NCBI GenBank assembly: GCA_964016885.1 | Contig: OZ024741.1 | Coordinates: forward strand, 142,290,001-142,354,000 | Origin: Eledone cirrhosa | Taxonomy: Eukaryota | Direction: 5' to 3' | DNA length: 64,000 nucleotides | Part shown: positions 1-12,834 of the stretch, piece by piece | How the letters are laid out: each line of letters starts with the position of its first letter | How positions within the stretch are numbered: position 1 is the first letter of the stretch | Position numbers and translations under genes: made by a program | Notes under the pieces: model-generated | The model's input: the letters and a program-made list of their open reading frames with translations, nothing else | The model's database searches: none | Told to the model about the DNA's origin: nothing

Positions 1-45
1 TGTTTGATTTTGCGCCAAGACTGAGAAATCACTCCTTCACAACAA

Positions 46-116
<71 letters not shown>

Positions 117-411
117 GCAGAGTAATTCGTGGTAGCAGGGATGGTCAGTAGGAATGTGTCTGTAAGCAGTGGGGGGGTATTTTAGCATGTCAAAAGATAT
201 TTTTCAGCTTTTGTCTTATACGGAGAAGTGTGTGTGTGTGTGTATAAGTCTCTTTGTATGTTAATGTACGCGTGTGTATGTGTGTGTGTTACCACAAATT
301 ACTCTGCTATATACACACACACACACACACACACATACACTTATCTTAATAGCCATTTGACACACATCCCTGCTAACCATTATCACAACATCGAACACCT
401 TACTACTACTA

Positions 412-453
<42 letters not shown>

Positions 454-653
454 TTGTTGTGAAGGAGTCATTTCTAAGGACACTCTATCTCAAAATTATT
501 TTTGAAAAGCATTTAGAAATGCGCAACCGGTAAAAACTTAAAAACTTAAAACCACAACTGAATACTAACCCATACAATTACTAATACTCTTTTATTCCTA
601 ATTAAACCATTTTTCAACTGTGAACAATTTGTCAACATTTTCTATTCCGTTTA

Positions 654-717
<64 letters not shown>

Positions 718-829
718 GGGAAGGTAGAGAGAAGAGGGTAGAAAGAGAGATGCAAAAGTTGTTCGGAGAGGGGGGGGAGTAGAGAGAGATAGAAAGAGAG
801 TTAGTCGTTTATTGACATAAATTTAATAA

Positions 830-932
830 GCACAATCGGTTAGCACTCCGTACTTATAGACATTACCTTCCTTGTGTTAATCACATGACGGGAGATATGT
901 GGAGCTTGTGAGTTCGAGCCTCACCCAGGGCA
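830..932 (+). pseudogene. tRNA-Ile(UAU) pseudogene, intron-containing, lacking the 5' acceptor strand
   Basis: gcacaatcggttagcactccgtacttata-intron-atgtggagcttgtgagttcgagcctcacccagggca; the first ~9 nt are missing. Confidence 0.85.
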
Positions 933-1469
933 GATATACTTCCTTTTTTTTCATTTAAGCAGCCATCTATATTAATTACTTATCAAATTTCCTGATATAT
1001 GTATGTATATATAGAGTGAACAATTTTTTGCATCTCTCTGTCTCTTCGTCCCCCACTCTCTCTGTGCGCGTGTGTGCGTGGTATTTTTTTTTTTTTTTTC
1101 ATTTAAGCAGTCATCTATATTAGTTATTTATCAAATTTCCTGATTGCATCCATCTTGTAAAAGCTGTATATTTATTACATATCTATGATTAGTATTTGTG
1201 TTTTACACACCAGTTGTTTATTTGGGTGTTGCGAATACAAACACAGCCTGGGTCAGTATGTTGGGGGGGGGGGGGGTTATAAATTCTCTAAATAGATAGT
1301 GGTTGGTAAAAGTCGGTAGAGTGTCTTTCATTGTTTTGTGTTCAAATTTCACTGTTGTTGATATCCTTCTTCATTATTTTGGGACCAATACTTCATAGGG
1401 GGTGGTTGATCAAATATTATTTGGTCCTGAACAGAAAGGCCAGTATTGTACATATGTATGTGTGTGTGT

Positions 1470-1562
<93 letters not shown>

Positions 1563-1565
1563 TGT

Positions 1566-1658
<93 letters not shown>

Positions 1659-1984
1659 CGTGTGTGTGTGTGTGTGCGTGCGTGTGTGTGTGCGCGTGTG
1701 TGTGTGTGAAAGAATTTTTAAATACTAATTATACATAAGTAATAAATATTCAACTTTACAAGATGGATGCAATCAGGAAATTTGATAAATAACTAATATA
1801 GATGACTGCTTAAATGATGACAAAATAAAAAATACCACGCACACACGCGCACAGAGAGAGTGGGGGACGGAGAGAAAGAGAGATGCAAAAAATTGTTCAC
1901 TCTATATATACATACATATATCAGGAAATTTGATAAGTAATTAATATAGATGGCTGCTTAAATGAAAAAAAAAGGAAGTATATC

Positions 1985-2087
1985 TGCCCTGGGTGAGGCT
2001 CGAACTCACAACCTCCACATATCTCCCGTCATGTGATCAACACAAAGTAGGTAATGTCTAGAAGTCCGGAGTGTTAACCGATTGTGC
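1985..2087 (-). pseudogene. tRNA-Ile(UAU)-derived pseudogene; 5' truncated, anticodon mutated (TCT)
   Basis: Inverted copy of 830-932 with further substitutions. Confidence 0.8.
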
Positions 2088-2140
2088 TTATTAAATTTAT
2101 GTCAATAAACGACTAATTCTCTCTCTCCTCCCCCCCCCCC

Positions 2141-2172
<32 letters not shown>

Positions 2173-2446
2173 CATATATATACATATATATATATATATA
2201 TAAGGGAAAAAAATGAAATCAAAAATGCAACTGGGATCTTTTTTTTTTAAATATATCTATTTGGTTCCTTTACCGGTTTCGCAGTTCTTGTGCTTTTCAA
2301 AAGTAGAATTGAGTTGGAGGGTTTGTGGTTTTTCTCACATCTGGTTGGTGTTTGAATGTTACTTCTGTTTTATATGGATAAAAGTGGCTCGAAATGCTAG
2401 GTTTTTAGAGAAGTAATTTGGTTGGTTGGTGAATAAGTATAATAAA

Positions 2447-2899
2447 TTTCTGTGATCAGTTTGAACATATATGAATTTTCTATCAAACTTTCTTCTTATG
2501 TGTGTGGTGGTAAATGTTGAAGTGGTATTTAACAGGTCAGGATTCCATCGAATTCACTTGATTAAACTAGAAAATTATTTTACTATTCATAGTAATCGTC
2601 CAAGTGGCATTTTGATGAGTGTGTGTTTAGTGTGAATAAGTAGATGGAGTTTAATCGTGTCAAAATTTGATGTCAAAAGGTCGGTGTTGCAGGGGTAAAG
2701 TAGCAAAAAAAAGCTAAAAACATACTCTTCAAAAAGCCACTTGGGCCATTACTATGAATAGTAAAATAATTTTCTAGTTTAACCAAGTTAATTAGATGGA
2801 ATCCTGACCTGTTAAATACCACTTCCTCATTCACCATCACACCTATATAAGAAAAAAGTTTGATAGAAAATTCATATATGTTCAAACTGCTCACAGAAT
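2447..2899. repeat. Foldback/MITE-like palindrome with ~185-bp imperfect arms and ~85-bp spacer; second copy at ~21527-21981
   Basis: 'ttgaacatatatgaattttctatcaaact...aaactagaaaattattttactattcatagtaat' vs its reverse complement at 2750-2890. Confidence 0.8.
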
Positions 2900-3124
2900 A
2901 TATTAGAACACTTTTTTAAAAATTTAATATTAATATTTGATAAGTTTGATGAAACCAATCGAAACCGGTAATATTTGACGAAATTTAAACATACTTAATG
3001 CATCAATTATAAATCATTCATTCTGTCGGATTAAAGAGAGAAATAATCTTCAAATATAGTGTATGTTTGTGCATTTTTACTTTTACTTTTTAACCTTTTA
3101 TTTGAATGGAACTTACTCCCCTTT

Positions 3125-3340
3125 TCACTGCCAGTAACAGTGGAGACTTCTGGTGTCCTCGGCGCTAGGGCCAACTCCCTGCTCACCACCATCGGCGCAG
3201 AGTTGGCTACGCACAGGTGTGAGCCTCGCGAAATGGAATGGTTCTTCCAACGCGTTTACATCGCAATCCTCGGGGAAACGCCTTCTCTATTCTCTCCGCC
3301 GGGGCAGCCAGTGCGTGGGTCCCTATTTGCTCCTAATAGT
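3125..3340 (+). mobile_element. 3'-end fragment of a CRE-like RLE non-LTR retrotransposon; related copies at ~17710-17920 and ~22205-22420
   Basis: Translates to PVTVETSGVLGARA...IGAELA...EPREMEWFFQRVSIAIL(R)GN, the typical C-terminus of RLE-encoding CRE-like ORFs. Confidence 0.65.
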
Positions 3341-3714
3341 GAGAGATTGGGAGTGCAGGAGAGACAGAGACAGTGATAGTGACTGTGGGAGTTTGTTTCC
3401 TTTGTGTTCGTACCTGCTGTATATGTATATGTTGAAACATCGGTGGAGTGTCTTTCATTGTTTTGTGTTCAAATGTTGCTGCTGTTGATATCCTTCTTCA
3501 TTATTTTGGGACCAATACTTCATTGAGTATTGTAGAATGTTTATAGGGACTGGCTGATAAAATATTGTCTTGTCCTGGACAGAAAGGCCAGTAGTGTTTG
3601 TAATACAGCTCCCATATATATGTGTGTGTGGATGCAAGATGGATGCAATCAGGAAATTTGATAAATAACTAATATAGATGGCTGCTTAGATGAAAAAAAA
3701 TGAAAAAGATTATC

Positions 3715-3826
3715 TGCCCTGGGTGAGGCTCGAACTCACAACCTCCGCATATCTTCCATCATGTGATTATCACAAAGAAGGTTCTGTCTATAAGTACGGC
3801 GCGCTAACCGTTTGTGCCACCGGGGA
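3715..3826 (-). tRNA. tRNA-Ile(UAU) with 38-nt intron; full length but G1>T and a D-loop change, probably pseudogenic
   Basis: Exon 1 3826-3789, intron 3788-3751, exon 2 3750-3715; T-run terminator downstream. Confidence 0.75.
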
Positions 3827-3867
3827 AACTGTTTTGGTGGTTATTGAATTTATGTCAATGAACGACT

Positions 3868-3937
<70 letters not shown>

Positions 3938-4052
3938 ATATGTATGTAAATGTAGTATATAATGTATAGTGTATGCGTATATAATGAATAATTCTTTGCA
4001 TCTATCTCTCTCTTTCTGTCTTTCTCTCTCTCTATCTCTCTATCTATCTATC

Positions 4053-4097
<45 letters not shown>

Positions 4098-4117
4098 ATA
4101 TATATATATGTATTATG

Positions 4118-4169
<52 letters not shown>

Positions 4170-4234
4170 TACAGGTAATACATACATCTAAGATCACATA
4201 CAACAAAAGGCTGGCGAAAGGGGTGGACAAACGT

Positions 4235-4995
4235 CCCTCATGCATAGATAAGAAATGTATAACCTGTAAAATAAGCCCCCATATTTACTGTAAAACTAGA
4301 AATGTAGTGTATAGCATAAGATGTACTGAAGGACAATGTAGAAACAAAAATATAGTGTACATAGGTGAGACAGCTCGTAGTATAGGGGAACGGATAAATG
4401 AACACTGGCGAGACCTTCAAGATAATAAAGAATCATCTGTACTCTACCAACATGCTAAGATAGAACACAAGGGTAAATTAGAGAACATAGAAATAAAAAT
4501 AGAATCTACACACAGAAAAGAATTACAACCAAAACTAAATAGAAAATATGAGTGGAACAGCAACATCACAACTTACAATTAAGGACAAAATGAAAACACA
4601 CACACACATAGAACAATCAACCAACCAATAACATGTAAATAAATAAATAAATAAATAAACAAATAGATAAATGAACATAAACACACACAGACACCCGGAT
4701 GTGACGCATGCGCAAACTGACCACACAACACACACACAGAAACAAAATGGCGTAGGACAGAGAAAGGAGAGGCACAGAAACAAAGAAAGGAATCCCCAGT
4801 CACTGAAGAGGTCACAGAGTGTGTGACGAAAGGACTATGACTATATATAAACAACTATCTGGTTGCGGAAGCAACCAACCAACCAGAAATTTATAAATTT
4901 ATAAATTTCTAAATTTATAAATAAATAATAATTTGAAGTGAAACCAACTGGTGCGTGTGTTTCTTATTGGCAACATGGCCCTCCCAAAGTATAAC
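4235..4995 (+). mobile_element. Penelope-like element 3' fragment: GIY-YIG endonuclease remnant plus pLTR; carries a 42-bp deletion relative to the copy at ~23343-24125
   Basis: CxxC...NVVYSIRC...[18 protein letters not shown]...H...PKLNRKYEW, followed by a hammerhead motif in the 3' region. Confidence 0.88.
4798..4842 (+). ncRNA. Minimal type I hammerhead ribozyme in the Penelope pLTR
   Basis: AGTCA-CTGAAGA-G-GTCACA gagtg TGTGAC-GAAA-GGAC-TA^TGACT. Stem I AGTCA/TGACT; 6-bp stem II; minimal stem III. Confidence 0.72.
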
Positions 4996-5016
4996 AATAT
5001 ATATATATATATATAT

Positions 5017-5270
5017 AATGGAAAAAATGAAACGAAATTTCATTTCTCACTCTTAGTACGGCTGTTACTTAACTGTCAGTGTTGGACAAAAGGCAACGAT
5101 AGTTGCTAAACACTGTACGGCTTAATTCGGGATGTTTGTTTACAAACAAACCAACATTATAATAAGTGCTTGGTAAATCCATACGTACATATATATGTGT
5201 GCATGTATGTATATATATACATACTACTCTACGTCTGTATAATATATGTATGTACGTATACATACTTATA
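5017..5270. repeat. Diverged, internally inverted partial copy of the 422-bp array unit, lacking the ribozyme; also at ~24145-24398
   Basis: 5017-5072 matches the unit start in forward orientation; 5074-5270 matches the unit interior in reverse complement. Confidence 0.85.
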
Positions 5271-5348
5271 TATATGTATATATATATATATGTATATATA
5301 TATATGTATATATATATATGTATATATATATATGTATATATATATATG

Positions 5349-5379
<31 letters not shown>

Positions 5380-5388
5380 GTATATATG

Positions 5389-5550
<162 letters not shown>

Positions 5551-5576
5551 TATATACATATATATATATATACATA

Positions 5577-6420
5577 TATACAGGTAATACATACATCTAA
5601 GATCACATACAACAAAAGGCTGACGAAAGGGGTGGACAAACGTGCCGCTACGAGAACAAAAGATAACAATATCACGAGAAGCACTGGGAAACCTCTCTGA
5701 TAAGTTTTGAGGCAAGACAGCACGCTCGCAGAGTTACCTAGGATGATGGCGAGGCTGATGTGTTGGAACAACCAAGTGCCCTCACGCGCATCACCAGTTA
5801 CCTCAGTTAGGCGAGCCGCCAGTGAAGATAAGAACCTTGCAGTCAGTAGCCCAACTCCCCCAAACGTTTCGAACGCCACAGGCTGGAAAATGTAGTTACC
5901 CGACAGATCACAGTATTTCAGGATTTTGTTATGTTCGGCTGCGGAAGCTGTAGCTCTTGCCCTAACCGCTGCATCTAAGATGTGGGAAGAAGCAAAAGAG
6001 TCACTAACTGTGACGTCTAAGATAAGGCACCTGCCTCTTAACCTGGGGCACAGGGTAAGACCGTCAGGTCATTTCCCATCAATTCTGAACAACACAGACG
6101 GTTCTTAAATTTAGGGGTTGTTTGCCTGGGGAAAAGGTCTCTTGATGATGAGGTTTAGCTCCGTGTGACGCGCGAAGCGACCGGCATTTAGGCGGCAAAT
6201 ATAGACCGTGGAGGCCGAACAGATGTCGGCTTCCACTCTGAGGGCAATGGAGACTCGAAGCTCGTGCAAGCTGAGTAGGCCACCAACGTTAGCCTTGGGA
6301 GATGGGCTGACCCTGAGCATATATAGAAGCTTAGGAATCGAAAGATAGTTTCTTGATGGGGTTTAATTGCCTCAATACGCTTCAACAATTGCTCAAGGCC
6401 AACCATCTTCAATTGACTGA
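5577..6420 (-). mobile_element. CRE-like RLE non-LTR retrotransposon 3' fragment with internal deletion
   Basis: LRVSIALR...RHTELN...DGK.PDG...DVTV...KY...[11 protein letters not shown]...[18 protein letters not shown]; ends at a (TA)n tract. Confidence 0.8.
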
Positions 6421-6466
6421 AGATTGACTCATTCTCTCTCTCTCTCCTCCCCTCTCTCTCTCTCTC

Positions 6467-6562
<96 letters not shown>

Positions 6563-7260
6563 GGAATCTTAGATGTAGAAAACAACTGTAAATACAGTTG
6601 GTGGCTACAAATAGCTTAGAAAATCGGGTAAAGACCCCCTTATAGAAGTAAAAAGTGGTTGGCGGTCGCTACGAAGAATCAATACTCATATCTCTACAGA
6701 CATTTGCTGCGTCTGAGTTTTCCTACATTTTCTATGAACCTCATAACAACTTTGCGTACGATGTTGTTACATTGAAATCTGTTCGATCTAGTTTCTAATT
6801 TATACGGTGATTGTTGTCAGGCGTTGTTTAGCTCAATGGATTGATATAATAAAATACCAGTAAAAAAAATTGAACTTGCTATAATCGATATTTCTGGCTT
6901 TGTGCCAATTTAAGAAATCATTATATGGATAGTTCTAAATCAATACAAAAACATTTCTGCCGGCTGCTCGTAAAATTTAAGATAATGAACAGCTATCTAA
7001 TAATCTATACAAATATATAAAGACTTTTACCATCCATAAGATATAATATTTATGAAATTTACATACAAAAAACAACATACTAACCCAGTTTATGTTTTTA
7101 TTTGCAACCCACAAATAAACAACCAATGTGTCAAAGACAAATACTAATTATACATATGTAATACATATGTATATATTCAACTTTTTAAGATGGATGCAAC
7201 TACGAAATTTGATGAATAACTAATATTGATGGCTGTTTAAACGAAAAGAAAAAAAAATTC

Positions 7261-7372
7261 TGCCCTGGGTGAGGGTCGAACTCACAACCTCCGCATAACT
7301 CCCGTCTTGTGATAAACACAAGGAAGGTACTGTCTATAAGTACGGCGCGCTAACCGATTGTGCCACCGGGGC
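7261..7372 (-). tRNA. tRNA-Ile(UAU) with 38-nt intron, full length
   Basis: GCCCCGGTGGCACAATCGGTTAGCGCGCCGTACTTATA/intron/ATGCGGAGGTTGTGAGTTCGACCCTCACCCAGGGCA. A and B boxes intact, oligo-T terminator downstream; two A-C stem mismatches. Confidence 0.88.
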
Positions 7373-7457
7373 AGCTGCTGGATGATTATTAAATTTATGT
7401 TAATGAACGACTAATTCTCTCTCTCTTTCTTTATATATATATGTATATATTACATTA

Positions 7458-7645
7458 GGATTGGCAGTATCGATAGAGGGTCTGACGCCATGTTTTGCAG
7501 CAAAGAGTTATGTCCCTTTATGGTCTGAGTTCAAATCCCGCCGAGGTTAACTTTGCCTTTCGTCCTTACGGGGTCGATAAAGTAAAGCAACAGTAATGCA
7601 CTGGGATAATTGCTGGCCTTGTGCCAAAAGTAGAAACAATTATTA
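7458..7645 (+). mobile_element. tRNA-derived SINE with MetaSINE/Sauria-like core; other copies at ~11398-11580(-), 17277-17380(+), 18043-18143(-), 30907-31288(+, tandem pair), 34246-34428(-), 63932-63988(-)
   Basis: B box gagttcaaatccc; core 'gcctttcrtccttacggggtcgataaa'; tail 'ggccttgtgccaaaagtagaaacaattatta'; multiple dispersed copies in this window. Confidence 0.75.
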
Positions 7646-7849
7646 CGCTATTGCGTGTTCTAGCCGACAGGCTGAGGCCATGCTGGGGTATCACCATTAG
7701 TGAACAATTTTTTGCTTGTCTCAAATGGGTGGGGAAGGTGTTTAGTACTGTGTTTAGTTGGATGTGTAAAGTGTTTAAAAGGTGGGTAAAGTGTTGAGAG
7801 AGTGATTAAACTGATGTTTAAAGATGGGTAAAATTATGTTTATATGGGT

Positions 7850-10085
7850 GTGAGGTAATGTGATGTTTAGATGGGTGGGTGAGTGATTAGATAGGTGGAT
7901 AATGTAGTGTTTAGAAGGGTGGGTGAGTGATTAGATATGTGGGTAATGTGATGTTTAGATGGGTGGTAAGTGATTAGATACGTGGGTAATGTGATGTTTA
8001 GAAGGGTGGGTAAGTGATTAGATAGGTGGGTAATGTGATGTTTAGAAGGGTGGGTAAGTGATTAGATAGGTGGGTAATGTGATGTTTAGAAGGGTGGGTA
8101 AGTGATTAGATATGTGGGTAATGTGATGTTTAGAAGGGTGGGTAAGTTATTAGATACGTGGGTAATGTGATGTTTTGAAGGGTGGGTGAGTGATTAGAAA
8201 GGTGGGTAAGTGATTAGATAGGTGGATAATGTGATGTTTAGAAATGTGGGTGAGTGATTAGATAGGTGGGTAAGTGATTAGATAGATGGGTAATGTGATG
8301 TTTAGAAGGGTGAGTAAGTGATTAGATAGGTGGGTAATGTGATGTTTAGATAGGTGGGTAAGTGATTAGATAGGTGGGTAATGTGATGTTTAGATGGGTG
8401 GGTAATGTGATGTTTAGATAGGTGAGTAAGTGATTAGAGGGGTGGGTAATGTGATGTTTAGAAGGGTGGGTAAGTGATTAGATAGGTGGGTAATGTGATG
8501 TTTAGAAGGGTGGGTAATGTGATGTTTAGAAGGGTGGGTGATTGATTAGAAATGTGGGTAAGTGATTAGATAGGTGGGTAATGTGATGTTTAGAAGTGTG
8601 GTGAGTGATTAGAAAGGTGGGTAAGTGATTAGAAGGGTGGGTAAGTGATTAGATAGGTGGGTAATATTATGTTTAGAAGGGTGGGTAAGTGATTAGATAG
8701 GTGGGTAATGTGATGTTTAGATGGGTGGGTGGGTGATTAGATACGTGGGTAATGTGGTGTTTAGAAGGATGGGTGGTTGATTAGATAGGTGGGTAATGTG
8801 GTGTTTAGATGGGTGGGTGAGTGATTAGATTGGTGGGTAAGTGATTAGATAGATGGGTAATGTGATGTTTAGATGGGTGGGTGGGTGATTAGATAGGTGA
8901 GTAATGTGTTGTTAGAAGGGTGGGTAAGTGATTAGAAAGGTGGGTAATGTGGTGTTTAGATGGGTGGGTGAGTGATTAGATTGGTGGGTAAGTGATTAGA
9001 TACATGGGTAATGTGATGTTTAGATGGGTAGGTGGGTGATTAGATAGGTGGGTAATGTGTTCTATAGAAGGGTGGGTAAGTGATTAGAGAGGTGAGTAAA
9101 GTAATGTGGTGTTTAGATGGGTGGGTGAATGATTAGATTGGTGCGTAAGTGATTAGATAGGTGGGTAATGTGATGTTTAGATGGGTGGGTGTTTAGATAT
9201 GTGGGTAATGTGTTGTATAGAAGGGTGGATAAGTGATTAGAAGGTGGGTAATGTGGTATTTAGATGGGTAAGTGGGTGATTAGATTGGTGGGTAATGTGT
9301 TGTATAGACCGGTGGGTATGTGATTAGATAGGTGGGTAATGTGATATTTAGATGGGTGGGTAAGTGATTAGATTGGTTGGTAATGTGTTGTATAGATGGG
9401 TGCGTAAGTGATTAGATTGGTGGGTAATGTGTTGTATAGAAGGGTGGGTAAATGATTAGATTGGTGGGTTGTGTGTTGTATAGAAGGGTGGGTAAGTGAT
9501 TAGATAGGTGGATTATGTGATGTATAGAAGGGTGGGTAAGCGATTAGATTGGTGGATAATGTGTTGTATAGAAGGGTGAGTAAGTGATTAGATTGGTGGG
9601 TAATGTGTTGTATAGATGGATGGGTAAGTGATTAGATTGGTGCGTACTGTGTTGTATAGAAGGGTGGGTAAGTGATTAGATTGATGGGTAATGTGTTGTA
9701 TAGATAGGGTGGGTAAGTGATTAGATAGGTGGGTAATGTGTTGTGTAGAAGGGTGGGTAAGTGATTAGATAGGTGGGTAATGTGTTGTATAGAAGGGTAA
9801 GTGATTAGATTGGTGGGTAATGTGTTGTATAGATGTGTGGGTAAGTGATTAGATTGGTGAGTAATGTGTTATATAGAGTGTGGGTAAGTTATTAGATTGG
9901 TGGGTAATGTGTTGTATAGAAGGGTGGGTAAGTGATTAGATTGGTGGGTAATGTGTTGTATAGAAGGGTGGGTAAATGATTAGTTTGGTGGGTAATGTGT
10001 TGTATAGAAGGTGGGTAAGTGATTATATTGGTGGGTAATGTGTTGTATAGTAGGGTGGGTAAGTGATTAGATTGGTGGGTAATGC
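7850..10085 (+). repeat. G-rich minisatellite of alternating ~19-nt and ~24-nt subunits; shorter homologue at ~31495-32550
   Basis: GGTGGGTAAGTGATTAGAT(A/T) alternating with GGTGGGTAATGTG(A/T)TGT(T/A)TAGAAG. Confidence 0.93.
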
Positions 10086-10164
10086 GATAGTGAAACTTAT
10101 TTTTTTTAATTTTCGAATGTTTCGATACACGACGAGTGATGTTTCCTTTCAATGTCATAAAACA

Positions 10165-10680
10165 TGTGATGAGTGGGTACATACAAGAATATGTGATGTG
10201 TGGGTGGGTAGTTATATAGAGGGATAATGTGATAGGTTGGTGGCTATTGTGATGGGTGGGTAGATACAAGAATATGTGATGTGAAGGTGGGTAATTATAT
10301 AGAGGGATAATGTGATAGGTTGGTGGCTATTGTGATGGGTGGGTAGATACAAGAATATGTGATGTGTGGGTGGGTAGTTATATAGAGGGATAATGTGATA
10401 GGTTGGTGGTTATTGTGATGGGTGGGTACATACAAGTATATGTGATGTGTGGGTGGGTAGTTATATAGAGGGATAATGTGATAGGTTGGTGGCTATTGTG
10501 ATGGTGGGTACATACAAGAATATGTGATGTGTGGGTGGGTAATTATATAGAGGGATAATGTGATAGGTTGGTGGTTATTGTGATGGGTGGGTAGATACAA
10601 GAGTATGTAATGTGTGGGTGGGTAATTATATAGAGGGATAATGTAATAGGTTGGTGGTTATTGTAATGGGTGGGTAGATA
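10165..10680 (+). repeat. 83-bp minisatellite, ~6 copies; ~15 copies at ~32630-33868
   Basis: 'acaagaatatgtgatgtg' recurs at 10183, 10266, 10349 and onward. Confidence 0.92.
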
Positions 10681-10959
10681 CCATAATGGGTGAGTTGTTA
10701 AGTTAATGGGTGTGCGAACCAAGAGACTGGGTAAAATGATGCTCAGATGTGTGGGGAAGTGTTTAGAGCATGGGTAAAATGAGATTTAGGGAAAGGGTAA
10801 AGTAATGATTAGATAGGAGGGTAAACTGATATTTAGACGGTGGGTAAGGTGATGTTTAGTCGGGTGGGTAAATTGTTTAAAGGATAGATAAAGTGATATG
10901 CTGCGTGGGTAAGTGATTAGTGATTTGGTAAAAGGATTGTGTTTGTTGTTGTGTGGACC

Positions 10960-11255
10960 TCCGTCTTTTCCGACGAGTGCTCCAGTTGATTCAATTAACG
11001 GAACTGCCTACTCGTGAAATTAACGTTCACGTGACTGAGCATACCACAGACACGTACACCTTTAACGTAGTTCTCAAAGAAAATCAGGCGGGCACCATGT
11101 GAACTACAGGTACGTTTCGTTTTTGCCAGCTGAGTGGAATGTAGCAATGTGAAATAAAGCGCCATGCTGAAGGACACAACGTACCACCCCGTCCTGGAAT
11201 CGAACTCACAACATTTCGATCGTGAACTGAATGTGATAACTAATATATCATGTGC
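10960..11255 (-). mobile_element. tRNA-derived SINE (second family), degraded; absent from copy B
   Basis: Reverse complement has B box 'gtgagttcgattccagg' and body 'gctttatttcacattgctacattccactcagctggcaaaaa', shared with the 12134 and 15424 copies. Confidence 0.6.
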
Positions 11256-11989
11256 GGATAAAAGTGTGGGTTGATGACAAGGGCCTTGTTTCGGGGGGGG
11301 GGGGGGGTACCAGGGGACAAGTCCACCACCACCACCACCACCACCACCACCACCACTTTTTCAAACGTCTATATTTTATTTTTTTTTATTTGATATAATT
11401 GTTTCTACTTTTGGCACAAAGCCAGCAATTTCCCAGTACATTACTGGTACTTTATTTTATCGATCCCGTAAGGATGAAAGGCAAAGTTAACCTCGGCGGG
11501 ATTTAACCTCATAAAGGGACGTAACTCTTTGCGTCAAAGCATGGCGTCTGACCCTCTACTGATACTGCCAACCCATCGCCCTTATTTATTTGATATAATA
11601 ATTTTTTTTTAAGCTTATCTTTTTATATCTGAAATTCATTTGAATATACAAAATTTAATTAGCGTAAAATTTTACTTATGTGATAGGGTCCGGGAAAGGC
11701 ACCATAAGCAATACTGACATGCTCCGTTCAGATTCATGTTAGTTTGTCCCCCTCACATTTCTAAGGCAAACGAGGTCCCTGGTTGATGAGTTGATGAGAA
11801 GCCATGATAGAAGAGATATTAGATACCCGTGTGTTGTGAGTCAAGTGAAATCAGTACAAGTAGAAATCGAAACCTAAACACACGGATATATTTCATTCTA
11901 TAAATTGTGAAATAAAACTGATTACCATATTAATAATCTATTAACTATATTTACTAACATTAAAGAAAAAAAAAAAAGGAAAATACTAC

Positions 11990-12095
11990 TGCCCTATGTG
12001 AGGCTCGAAGACACAACCACCGAACTTGCTAATATACGTAAAAAGTATATATAAAATGTCTAAGATATGGCGGACTAAACGATTTTACTACTTAA
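11990..12095 (-). pseudogene. Highly degraded tRNA-Ile(UAU) relic; also at ~34839-34945
   Basis: 'tgccctatgtgaggctcgaagacacaacc...tggcggactaaacgatt' with the same A-rich flank as the intact copies. Confidence 0.55.
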
Positions 12096-12133
12096 GTGGT
12101 AGAGAACGTGGTGTGATGTACAATGGAAAGTGA

Positions 12134-12400
12134 AGGCACGTGGCTTAGTTGTTAGGGGTTCAGCTGACAGATAAGGTCGTAAATTCCAGTCCTGCTGACG
12201 CAAGAAATCTTATTTCACCCTGCTCCAGTCCAATCGGCTGGCAAAAATGAGTTGTACTTGTAATTCAAAAGAACCTGCTGAATCTCCACAAGAACCACGT
12301 GTCAGTGGAATGTTCAGCCACTTGCACGCTAATTTCACAAACAGGTTGTTCCGTAGTTCGAACAACTGGAACACGCAGAATGTAAATTCTGGAAATATCG
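12134..12400 (+). mobile_element. tRNA-derived SINE (second family); duplicate at ~34983-35250
   Basis: A-box-like 'gtggcttagttgttagg'; body 'ttatttcaccctgctccagtccaatcggctggcaaaaatgagttg'. Confidence 0.65.
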
Positions 12401-12834
12401 ACGCAGTTTTAATTTCAAATCGAAAACATTTCTGACTTACTATTTTATTTATATTGTTGTTTAGGCCCAGGTTAGCACAGAAGATGAAAGAGTTATTTTT
12501 CTAAACTATATTATATCTAGGACTTCATTATACAATACATACTTTCTGTCTCAATACAGACGGTTGTGATTTAAGAGAGAATTGGCTATGTGGATGAACT
12601 GATGGGTAAGTGGTTGAAGTGGTGGTATATGAATAAAGATATGGGGAACTAAGTAAAAGGATGTAAAAGGGGATAAAGTGATGGGATGGTATGTGAAATG
12701 GTGTGTGGATGGATGTAGTGTTGAGTGAATGGGTGGATAGATAATGTGATAGATGTGAGGTGTCTGTATAAAGCAATGTATAATTTGGTGACGGAACTGT
12801 GTGGTGATTAGTGAAAGGATGAACGTATGAGTGT

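Larger units (their letters stand above)
790..2125. repeat. Inverted repeat with ~400-bp arms (~790-1198 and ~1720-2125), each arm holding a tRNA-Ile pseudogene; repeated at ~19800-20980
   Basis: Arm sequences are reverse complements, e.g. 'tcaaatttcctgattgcatccatcttgtaa' vs 'ttacaagatggatgcaatcaggaaatttga'. The spacer includes (GT)n. Confidence 0.85.

Noticed and set aside
1985-2087. tRNA-Arg(UCU) by anticodon shift
   Set aside because: Lacks the 5' acceptor strand and has further stem damage; it is a decayed Ile copy.
7850-10680. Telomeric or interstitial telomere repeat
   Set aside because: G-rich but contains no (TTAGGG)n runs; units are 19-83 bp.
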